Assembly (NCBI GenBank): GCA_022571845.1
Contig: JACZXB010000012.1
Span: forward strand, 127 to 64,126
Length of the DNA stretch: 64,000 bases
Direction of reading: 5' to 3'
Origin: Candidatus Zixiibacteriota bacterium
GTDB taxonomy: Bacteria > Zixibacteria > MSB-5A5 > GN15 > FEB-12
Positions 48,348 through 56,253 of this stretch are shown here, in pieces. Under the pieces are notes generated by a model that did no database searches, was not told the DNA's origin, and saw nothing but the letters and a program-made list of their open reading frames with translations. Position 1 is the first letter of the stretch. Each line of letters opens with the position of its first letter. A program made the translations under genes and the position numbers.

Positions 48348-48890
48348 TTGCGTATCTTAGTCTTATGTACCGGCAATTCCTGCCGCTCTCAGATGGCCGA
48401 AGGCTTTTTCAGAGCCTACGGCAACGATTCTATCGAGGTTCTCAGCGCCGGTCTGGAGCCCGGCGGAGTTAACCCCTTGGCTATCAAAGTGATGGCTGAA
48501 ATCGACATCGATATATCCGGCCATTCCTCGAACAATTTGAATGAATACCTGGAAATGGAATTCGATTATGTCATAACTGTCTGCGACAACGCCGCCCAAA
48601 AATGCCCGATTTTCCTAGGCCCAAAGGGTCACCCTGAGCGGACAAAGTCCCGCCAAGGGAGTCGAAGGGCGGACCAAGAAAGTCATCCTGCGCCACCCCT
48701 TGGAAGTCACCCTGAGCCTGTCGAAAGGCAACTTCCAGAACGTGTCCACTGGCCGATTCCTGACCCGGCCACCGCCCTAAAATCCACCTCCGAAAAGGCC
48801 GCAACCGAAGACGAAGTTCTGCAAGTATTCCGCAAAATCAGGGATGAGATTGAGCAGAAGATAAAGGCCTGGCTGAAAACTGCAAAATGA
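48348..48890 (+). CDS. arsC: arsenate reductase (thioredoxin-coupled, LMW-PTP fold) carrying an in-frame ~37-aa repeat-derived insertion
   Basis: TTG start after GGAG. Motifs LCTGNSCRSQMAEG, TVCDNAAQKCP, HWPIPDPA. An extra KGHPERTKSRQGSRRADQESHPAPPLGSHPEPVERQLPE lies between the last two motifs. Confidence 0.85.
   Translation: MRILVLCTGNSCRSQMAEGFFRAYGNDSIEVLSAGLEPGGVNPLAIKVMAEIDIDISGHSSNNLNEYLEMEFDYVITVCDNAAQKCPIFLGPKGHPERTKSRQGSRRADQESHPAPPLGSHPEPVERQLPERVHWPIPDPATALKSTSEKAATEDEVLQVFRKIRDEIEQKIKAWLKTAK
48627..48729 (+). repeat. cluster of three family A-type interspersed repeats inside the arsC reading frame
   Basis: ggtcaccctgagc[ggacaaagtcccgccaag]ggagtcgaaggg ... gtcatcctgcgccaccccttggaa gtcaccctgagcctgtcgaaaggc. 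Matches intergenic copies at 32729, 51722 and 27013. Confidence 0.85.
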
Positions 48891-48975
48891 ACTCAACTAT
48901 TTATGAACAAATTCGTAGTCTAAGGTGTAAAGTTGTTAGACCGCCAACAACAGCATTTCACTTCAATTTGAAAGG

Positions 48976-49872
48976 GTGTCAAACATGAATTATGACATTA
49001 TCAAAGTTTCTTTAGTGCGAAATTCACTACTTGCGATTTTCAGCATTACCATATTATCAGTTGCATCTGCTGCTAAGACTCACAAAGTAACATCTTCCTG
49101 GGTTGACCATGAATTCAGCATTGACGGCAACATGAAAGAGTGGTTCAAGGTTGAGTCAAAATATCTGTCTGACCAGGAGGCTTCCGTTTCGATTTGTAAC
49201 GACGAAAAATTTCTATACATTCTCTTCAAAACCAGAGAAGCAAAGTGGGCTCGAACTATCAAAATGACAGGGCTCAATCTGTATATTAATAAAGATGGCA
49301 AAAACAAAAAAGACTTCTTTATACGCTTCAAAGGCGGTCCAAACAACGCCCAGCTCAAAGCCATGGCCGGAGGCATGAATGAACGAGGATCCGGCGAGTC
49401 CCGAATGTCCCGCATGCCGGCTGATATTAGAAAAAAATACGAGCAGGCCATGAATGACAACACCCAAACGCTTATTTGTTCCATTAATGACAATGTCAAC
49501 AAAGTCGTACCGCTTGATGGCAGCGAAGGTCCGGCGGCAGCCTTTGATACCTCGAACGGGTTTTTTGTATACGAGTTTAAGATTCCTCTCGACAAAGGCA
49601 AAGATCGTTACTACGGCATCGGTATCGAACCGGGACATAAAATAGCCATCGGCGCCGAATGGGGCGACATGGGTGACTTCCGTCGCAGACAGGCGGGAGA
49701 ATTTGGCGGCAGACAAATGCCGGGTGGCGGAGGCAGACCACCTGGGGGCGGCGGATTTGATGGCGGACACCGCAGGATGGGCGGCGGCGGCCGACCAAAA
49801 ATGCCCACTAAGCAGGAAGTCTGGTTTAAAACCAAAATTGCTGTCAAAGCAGCAGCAGAAACTTCCAAATAG
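48976..49872 (+). CDS. secreted protein with a Gly/Arg/Pro-rich C-terminal region, unknown function
   Basis: Signal-anchor LLAIFSITILSVASA. Tail GGRQMPGGGGRPPGGGGFDGGHRRMGGGGRP. Start is GTG 48976 or ATG 48985. Confidence 0.65.
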   Translation: MSNMNYDIIKVSLVRNSLLAIFSITILSVASAAKTHKVTSSWVDHEFSIDGNMKEWFKVESKYLSDQEASVSICNDEKFLYILFKTREAKWARTIKMTGLNLYINKDGKNKKDFFIRFKGGPNNAQLKAMAGGMNERGSGESRMSRMPADIRKKYEQAMNDNTQTLICSINDNVNKVVPLDGSEGPAAAFDTSNGFFVYEFKIPLDKGKDRYYGIGIEPGHKIAIGAEWGDMGDFRRRQAGEFGGRQMPGGGGRPPGGGGFDGGHRRMGGGGRPKMPTKQEVWFKTKIAVKAAAETSK

Positions 49873-50108
49873 GAAGATTTAGTAGACTTTCAAGCTAAGT
49901 TAAAGTCCGGGACGAGATTGGGGAGAAGATAAGGGGGTGGGTGTACAAGCCCTTGCCGCTTAGTTAATATAGTGCTAGCCGCCATACAGAGCTTGTCCTT
50001 GGATTTGAAAAGAAGGCCAAAAGAAAAATATATTGATTTAAGTTTGTAATTTAGTAGTTTAGTAAGGGATAGTATATTCAATATTGAATTAAGAGACAAA
50101 TTCTTATT

Positions 50109-51548
50109 ATGAGTAACGAATTCAACAAAGCAGAATCTTTCGGTGCAGATTATTTGTTTGAGTTAAAGAAACATTTTGCGAGTAGAGGAATACAATTTAC
50201 TCAAAAAGTAGGCGAAGTAATTGAATCTGCAGCATCAAAAGCGTACGACACAGGAACAGGAGTCTACGATTCAACCTTGATGGCATCTTTAATCAGGAAT
50301 AAAACAGTCATTCTTAATGTGCTTGATATCCACGAAATTGACATTTCTACGTACTTGAATGAGATGGATGAAGATTCCTCTCTTTCTTGGTCTGAATATT
50401 TCGATGAGAGTACGCTCAATGAAATCGTCGATGAACTGTGCTTACTGCTTGTTCCGGACAGAGTTGGACTTCAATCTTTTCGCGTTTTAGACTTGGCTGC
50501 TGAGATCGCTAGTTCAAGTCACGGCAAGGTAATTGATACCAAGTCTTTTATTTTGGCTCTTTTTAGGCAGGCAACGTCATTTGAACGGAAGCTGACGCGC
50601 GAGACTATTAGACAGTTAGGGAAAACTAATTTGAGTGATCAGGTATACGACAGAGTCCAATCAACTGTTGGAGAAGATGAACTTAAGGAGTGGTATGGTA
50701 AAGAATTTAGTATTATAGATGCTCCTCTTGAGTGGGTCTTGGAGGAATTGCGAGATGGCTGCGTTTCTGGTGTAAGTCCAATCCTAGAGAAATTGGCAAA
50801 TAAGTGTAAAAACTTAAGATCACTTGCGAAAATAGAATACGACTTAAAAATGGCGAATGTCATAGAACCTTATCTTGATGATACGAAATTTGCTCTCATT
50901 AGTACAACCAAGGGCATAATCTTTAGAGAATTCTCGTATTTAAACTCATATAAAGTACTTGGTTTTCCGGAGCCTTCTGCTGTAAAAATAAACGTTCTAA
51001 GTAGCGGAAAATTCATTAGATATGAGGAAATTGACGAGTTTGAAGAGCTTATTAATTTACCTAATGTTTCAGAATATGATTTACAGAAATTCTTTGAACA
51101 CCGCCCTTGGTTTTTGCTAGGGAGCAACTACGAAAGACTTCACAGTCAACTTGCGCTCGTAAATGATACTGATACAGAATTGGTTCCAGACTTTTTTGCT
51201 GAGAAAATCGGTACAAGTTATTCTGATATTATTGACCTTAAGAAGCCCACGGAAAAAGTAATAGTTGGGCCAAAACATCGAAGAGGATTTACGGCTGCTC
51301 TAACAAATGCACTTAATCAGCTAAGAGAATATCGAAATTACTTTGACGACTCCAAAAATAGAAAAGCATTTTATGCGAGGCATGGGCTATACGCATTTCG
51401 ACCAAATGTCTGTGTTGTAATTGGAAGATCGAGTGACTATTTGGACCATATTGAGAGGATTAAGATTGATGACGAATACAAGAACATGAAAGTTGTTACT
51501 TACGATGATATCCTTGTCAGATCAAAGAGAATGGCTCTTGTAATCTAG
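50109..51548 (+). CDS. Shedu-like (SduA/DUF4263-type PD-(D/E)xK nuclease) defence protein with an unassigned N-terminal region
   Basis: C-terminal ~160 aa: EYDLQKFFEHRPWFLLGSNY...ELVPDFFAEK...SDIIDLKKP...ALNQLREY (QxxxY)...VCVVIGRS...MKVVTYDDIL. The gene is AT-rich and isolated. Confidence 0.7.
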   Translation: MSNEFNKAESFGADYLFELKKHFASRGIQFTQKVGEVIESAASKAYDTGTGVYDSTLMASLIRNKTVILNVLDIHEIDISTYLNEMDEDSSLSWSEYFDESTLNEIVDELCLLLVPDRVGLQSFRVLDLAAEIASSSHGKVIDTKSFILALFRQATSFERKLTRETIRQLGKTNLSDQVYDRVQSTVGEDELKEWYGKEFSIIDAPLEWVLEELRDGCVSGVSPILEKLANKCKNLRSLAKIEYDLKMANVIEPYLDDTKFALISTTKGIIFREFSYLNSYKVLGFPEPSAVKINVLSSGKFIRYEEIDEFEELINLPNVSEYDLQKFFEHRPWFLLGSNYERLHSQLALVNDTDTELVPDFFAEKIGTSYSDIIDLKKPTEKVIVGPKHRRGFTAALTNALNQLREYRNYFDDSKNRKAFYARHGLYAFRPNVCVVIGRSSDYLDHIERIKIDDEYKNMKVVTYDDILVRSKRMALVI

Positions 51549-51721
51549 ATGCTTGCCAATCCACAAACATTTACAACTGCATTATGCCGGGTCGCCCACG
51601 GGTTACCGTGGGTTCATATCGGATTTAAGCAATCGCTCAGATTTTCTGCTTGTATGATCAGCTGGATTTCACGTCAGGCGTGGAATGACAATACTCAATT
51701 AGGATTACAAAATCATAATGG

Positions 51722-51885
51722 GTCGTCACCCTGAGCCTGTCGAAGGGGGCGACCCAAGTATTTAGCAACCATACTTCGACAAGCTCAGTATGACTTAGAT
51801 TGTGAGTTCAGTATGACAATTTCAAAAGATGGATTCCCGACTGCCCCGAGACTGCGCTCGGGATTAAAACTCGGGAATGACAAAT
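51722..51885. repeat. repeat cluster: inverted pair of family A copies plus a nested hairpin element
   Basis: gtcgtcaccctgagcctgtcgaaggg (+), ttcgacaagctcagtatgac (-), and gatggattcccga[ctgccccgagactgcgctcgggattaaaa]ctcgggaatgac. Confidence 0.8.
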
Positions 51886-51893
51886 CCTATACC

Positions 51894-52262
51894 TTACCTC
51901 TTCCGCTTCTTCGGGTGTTCTTCGTAGGCGAATTTGCCCGACTCGGCCAGATAATAGCGTATTGACAATACCGATGACGGTCTGTCGTGGCTATACACCA
52001 TAACTTTGATATGCTCAGAGTCATTCAACGAACGACGTACCAGCCAGCAACCCGGGCGAACATGGCGCTCGACTTCGATACAGTTGCCAGGATGAGGCTG
52101 ACGGCCGGGAGGTCTGCCCGGATACCAGATTCGGCACTGTCCCGGAGCCGGAAGATGACCCGGAGGAATGCCTAAGTGAGCCGGACGGCCTTTGTTCTCT
52201 TTTACCACCACTACCTCATGATCGTGGGGCCTTTTCGATTTGACTATGACAGTACAGCTCAT
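51894..52262 (-). CDS. small Pro/Gly/Arg-rich probable lipoprotein, unknown function
   Basis: 122-aa ORF. The in-frame upstream sequence encodes KSKFQLLGLLLVTFAISAVLMSC (signal/lipobox-like), but there is no ATG/GTG/TTG there. GC is higher than in the neighbours. Confidence 0.55.
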   Translation of the reverse strand: MSCTVIVKSKRPHDHEVVVVKENKGRPAHLGIPPGHLPAPGQCRIWYPGRPPGRQPHPGNCIEVERHVRPGCWLVRRSLNDSEHIKVMVYSHDRPSSVLSIRYYLAESGKFAYEEHPKKRKR

Positions 52263-52540
52263 CAGGACTGCTGAGATTGCGAATGTTACCAGAAGCAGTC
52301 CGAGCAGTTGAAATTTTGACTTTTGGTGATTATTAATTAAGGCCTCTTATAGTTTTGTTGAATATGGCTATAGGCTATAATGTCGGCTGTTTGGAGGGAT
52401 GTTTTAGGCTACAAAATGACTACTATATTTCTTCAAAATACTCTGCCGGCCAATAATAATGAGAGAATAGGACTCGCAAAAATTGTATGAAAACTATTAG
52501 ACCAAAAGTAAAGTATAACAAAACGAACCCATTCTAATTG

Positions 52541-52755
52541 CCTTTCCAGCGTTTTAATCCCGAGCGTAGCCGAGGGGAAGGCTGGAATCCATCCCTCCCG
52601 CCTTAACATCTCGTTAGTCCCGAGCGGAGCAGAGGGGTGGGTTTAAGTTCCCTGTAGGTCAGGACCCTTGTGGTCCTGACGATTTAGAAACAAAAAGTCA
52701 GGAGTACAAGACTCCTGACCTACAAAAGATGGATTCCCGCCTCCGCGGGAAAGAC
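52541..52755. repeat. dense cluster of at least 5 palindromic repeats from several families
   Basis: tttccagcg[ttttaatcccgagcgtagccgagggg]aaggctggaa; ttagtcccgagcggagcagagggg; gtaggtcaggacccttgtggtcctgac; gtcaggagtacaagactcctgacctac; gatggattcccgcctccgcgggaa. Confidence 0.8.
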
Positions 52756-52854
52756 AGAAGGAGCGATGAATATTGAAAAGTTAGTAATTGACTATACATT
52801 TTAAGCGATTATTTTTTTAACAGTAAATCTATTTTATTAGGATAATTTTGTAAT

Positions 52855-53226
52855 ATGCACTGGTCAGTCTGGGTCATCTCTATTCTTGCTTTCATTGTAG
52901 CCATCTGGTTTGTGATAGATGGCGCTGCGGCTTTCATAACTGGCAATTACATAACGCCAAAATCCGGGGAGTATGCCGGCCAGCTTGGCACCTGGTCTAA
53001 AGTTGTAAGTGCCACAGGCATCGCCCCACGCTCAGGATTGATGAGAACCATATTTCTGCTCTATGGCATATTCTGGATTGCCATAATAGTCAGCTACCTG
53101 TTCAGATTACCCTGGGCACCGGCAGCAATGCTAATAGCCGCTATCGGGTCATTATGGTATTTGCCCTTCGGGACGTTACTCGGACTAATTCAGATCGTTC
53201 TGTTGATAGTTTATCGGATCAAGTAA
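52855..53226 (+). CDS. small 4-TM membrane protein, unknown function
   Basis: 123 aa with four hydrophobic helices. Confidence 0.6.
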   Translation: MHWSVWVISILAFIVAIWFVIDGAAAFITGNYITPKSGEYAGQLGTWSKVVSATGIAPRSGLMRTIFLLYGIFWIAIIVSYLFRLPWAPAAMLIAAIGSLWYLPFGTLLGLIQIVLLIVYRIK

Positions 53227-53290
53227 CTGAGTGTTTCAAAACACAAGTATTCGGAGTACTGCTCAATCAATTGAAAAGAAAGTAACTACG

Positions 53291-54379
53291 TCACCTCTTT
53301 TTGCGGTGGCTGACGAAATCCCAGATGACGAATTCGCCCAGATTATCGACCGATGAAAAATACGCCCGGCCCTTGTTAAGTTCGGTCAGTCGTTCTACAA
53401 AGCGCCGCAAATAGGGGTCGTCGGTGACCATAAAAGTTGTAATAGGGATTTTTTTCTTGCGGCAGTAAACAGCTTCATCAAGAGTGCGGTTGACAATAAT
53501 CGGGTCAAGGCCGACTGGGTTGCGGTAGAGCTGGCCATTGGGACGGGTAATCATCGAGGGCTTGCCGTCGGTTATCATAAATATCTGTTTGTTGACATGC
53601 TTTTTGGTCATGAGAATCTGACGCGCTTTGCGCAGACCCTCTTGAGTATTTGTATGAAACGGCCCCACCCCGACATAGGCCAGGTCTTTTATGGCAATCT
53701 GCCTGGCGTTGTCGCCGAACAAGACGATAGACAAATCATCTTTCGGGTATTTGGTCAAAATCAATTGTGTAAAGGCCATGGCGACTTGTTTGGCCGGTGT
53801 GATACGGTCTTCGCCGTATAGTATCATCGAGTGCGAAACATCTATCATTAAAACAGTAGCGCACGAGGTGGTCCGCTCGGCTTCGTAAACTTCGAGGTCT
53901 TGCTCCGACAAATTCAGGCTCAGATCACCTGAGCGGGTGATGGAGTTGAAAATTGAAGCAGTGTAATCGATATATTTGTAAGAATCACCAAACGTGTAGG
54001 GCCGACGCTCCGGTAGCAGTTCTTCGGATGAGCCGCCTTCGTATGGCAGCGGATGCTGCCCTCTGCCCGATGATTTCAACTTTTGAAAAACTTGCTCAAA
54101 GGCGTCAATGCGCAAATTCCGCTCACCTTTGGGCGTCAGGCCGAAACCCTTTTTTGTTTTTTTGATAAGCTTGTTTTCTTCAAGCTGCTTTTTGAATTCT
54201 TCGAGGTCGTGCTCGGCGCTGATATAGCCCTCTTTCTGAAGGTCGTCCATCATTTTGAGAACATCCCCAACATTCCCGTTTAAGCGCATCAGCAGAAAAT
54301 TATAAATAGACATCAGGTCGGAGAGACCTTTTAGGGCTTTAAATAGTGCATCATCCCATTTGGAATAGATAAACTTCAC
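53291..54379 (-). CDS. vWA-domain protein (CoxE-like)
   Basis: MIDAS motif MIDVSHSM, then ...TDG. The vWA fold is in the C-terminal 200 aa. 4-nt overlap with the upstream AAA+ gene. Confidence 0.82.
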   Translation of the reverse strand: MKFIYSKWDDALFKALKGLSDLMSIYNFLLMRLNGNVGDVLKMMDDLQKEGYISAEHDLEEFKKQLEENKLIKKTKKGFGLTPKGERNLRIDAFEQVFQKLKSSGRGQHPLPYEGGSSEELLPERRPYTFGDSYKYIDYTASIFNSITRSGDLSLNLSEQDLEVYEAERTTSCATVLMIDVSHSMILYGEDRITPAKQVAMAFTQLILTKYPKDDLSIVLFGDNARQIAIKDLAYVGVGPFHTNTQEGLRKARQILMTKKHVNKQIFMITDGKPSMITRPNGQLYRNPVGLDPIIVNRTLDEAVYCRKKKIPITTFMVTDDPYLRRFVERLTELNKGRAYFSSVDNLGEFVIWDFVSHRKKR

Positions 54380-55866
54380 GCAGTCCCTCCCATTCCGCGC
54401 AGCATGTCGGAGAGAACATCGGCGTAGCGCACGACTGTATCTTCGGTTTCACGGGCGATTACATTATTGTGATGCAGGCCCTCAAGAACAAACTCCATGC
54501 GCAGCAGCATTTCGCGCTTGTCTTTGACGTCGAAATATTTTCTGACTAATGCTTTTAAGCCCGCAACATCTTCGAGGCATTTTTTGTATTCTGAAAACGG
54601 CATATCGTCTGATAGTTCCAGCCTTTTGCCGGCAGCAAAATAATCAACAATAGCTTCGTAGGGGTTTTCCGGAGCAGGTCTGTCCGGGTCGGGTCTTTCT
54701 TTTCTGGGACGCGGGAAATATTGCAAGAAGACCGTATTCAAAGCCTGACCGATCAAGTTTTGGGCGACAATGACAGAACCTTCCTGTTCCCCCTCGTAAA
54801 CAAGTTCGATCTTTCCTGAAACCGATGGAATAACGGCATAAATATCGCAAACGCGCGGGAACAGGTCGTTGTCTTGGTTGCGGAGCGCTCTCCGTTCAAT
54901 ATTTGACTGCAGATTTTCGTAAGCAGAGATTGATACGCGGGCGGATACACCTGATGTCTGGTCAACATACTCACTGGCGCGCGCCTGAAATGAGATTTCT
55001 TCTATAATATCATTTATAAAATCAGGAATTCTGATTTTTTCATTATGCCGGGAGAACTCGCTTAATGTTATCTCTTTGGCTTCTTCGACAGTCTTGGGAT
55101 AGTGAGTCAATATCTGTGAATCAATTCTGTCTTTGAGCGGTGTGATAATGTTGCCGCGGTTGGTGTAATCTTCGGGGTTGGCTGTAAACACGAGCAGCAT
55201 ATCCAGCGGCAGACGCAGCGGAAAGCCGCGTACTTGAATGTCATTTTCTTCGAGAATGTTTAAGAGTCCTACTTGAATGCGAGGCTGCAAATCCGGAAGT
55301 TCGTTGATTGCGAAAATCCCCCTGTTGGTGCGCGGTATTATCCCCCAGTGAATGACCTCTTCGTTGGAGATGTCTAACTTTTCTCTGGCTGCTTTTATCG
55401 GGTCGATATCACCAATCAAATCTGCTATGGATACGTCGGGTGTAGCCAGTTTTTCGTTAAAACGTTGTTTAGCTGACAACCAGACGATAGGAGTCTTTCC
55501 ATCATGTTCGGCAATCAGTTTTTTTCCCATTGGTGATATCGGGTTAAACGGATCTTCGTTTAAGAGAGTGCCTTCAATCACGGGCAAACTTTCGTCAAGA
55601 AGATTGTCAAGCTGTCTTATTATTCTGCTTTTGGCCTGCCCCCTCAAGCCCAGTAGTATAAAGTTATGCTTTGATAAAATTGCATTTTCTATTTGCGGCA
55701 CGACTGTCCTGTCAAATCCAACTATGCCTGTAAACGGCTTCTCCCCTTTTTGAATTTTTCGAAGCAGGTTTTCCCGGAGTTCATCTTTGACCGTCCGGCT
55801 TTTCCAGCCGGAGTTTTTAAGTTCACTAAGTGTTTTAGGAAGCGCTTTGGCCACGTCTCTCCTCAA
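54376..55866 (-). CDS. ChlI/BchI-like AAA+ ATPase (Mg-chelatase subunit I family)
   Basis: Variant Walker A LLGLRGQAKS, Walker B region GIFAINELPDL, and FTANPEDY..ITPLKDRI matching the BchI NPEEG..LLDRF block. Confidence 0.8.
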   Translation of the reverse strand: MRRDVAKALPKTLSELKNSGWKSRTVKDELRENLLRKIQKGEKPFTGIVGFDRTVVPQIENAILSKHNFILLGLRGQAKSRIIRQLDNLLDESLPVIEGTLLNEDPFNPISPMGKKLIAEHDGKTPIVWLSAKQRFNEKLATPDVSIADLIGDIDPIKAAREKLDISNEEVIHWGIIPRTNRGIFAINELPDLQPRIQVGLLNILEENDIQVRGFPLRLPLDMLLVFTANPEDYTNRGNIITPLKDRIDSQILTHYPKTVEEAKEITLSEFSRHNEKIRIPDFINDIIEEISFQARASEYVDQTSGVSARVSISAYENLQSNIERRALRNQDNDLFPRVCDIYAVIPSVSGKIELVYEGEQEGSVIVAQNLIGQALNTVFLQYFPRPRKERPDPDRPAPENPYEAIVDYFAAGKRLELSDDMPFSEYKKCLEDVAGLKALVRKYFDVKDKREMLLRMEFVLEGLHHNNVIARETEDTVVRYADVLSDMLRGMGGTA

Positions 55867-56010
55867 TTCTATTTAGTCTATTTAATCTACTTAAGATTAG
55901 TCAAATCTAATCTCAGAGTGTTTAGCTCTTGCTTTATAACATAACAAAAGTACAGCCAGTTGGTTCTGTTGACAATAGAAATGACTGCCGCTAGCCCCTT
56001 ATAGCAAATT

Positions 56011-56253
56011 CTACGAAATAATCTTAAAAAAATCTTCGCGGCGTTCTTTTGAGACAGAGCCTGTGGGAATAGCGATAACTTCTAAAGCTCTACTATCATT
56101 TCCTTTAAGTAAAATAACGTCCTTTTCTTTTACTTGATAGGCCGGTTTGGCCTTGCGGCCGTTTACCTGGACCTGGCCTTTCTGGCTAATTTCTTTGGCC
56201 AACGTGCGCCGTTTTATGACACCAACCGTAGAGAGAAAGTCATCCAGCCTCAT
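56011..56253 (-). CDS. S4-domain RNA-binding protein
   Basis: 80 aa. MRLDDFLSTVGVIKRRTLAKE...VNGRKAKPAYQVKEKDVI is a typical S4 fold signature. Confidence 0.8.
   Translation of the reverse strand: MRLDDFLSTVGVIKRRTLAKEISQKGQVQVNGRKAKPAYQVKEKDVILLKGNDSRALEVIAIPTGSVSKERREDFFKIIS

Noticed and set aside
48111-48376. Small ORFs 48111..48320, 48125..48343 and 48164..48376(-), and likewise 6658..6873 and 51549..51734
   Set aside because: They are made almost entirely of tandem or palindromic repeat sequence in intergenic spacers. These are classic repeat-derived spurious ORFs.
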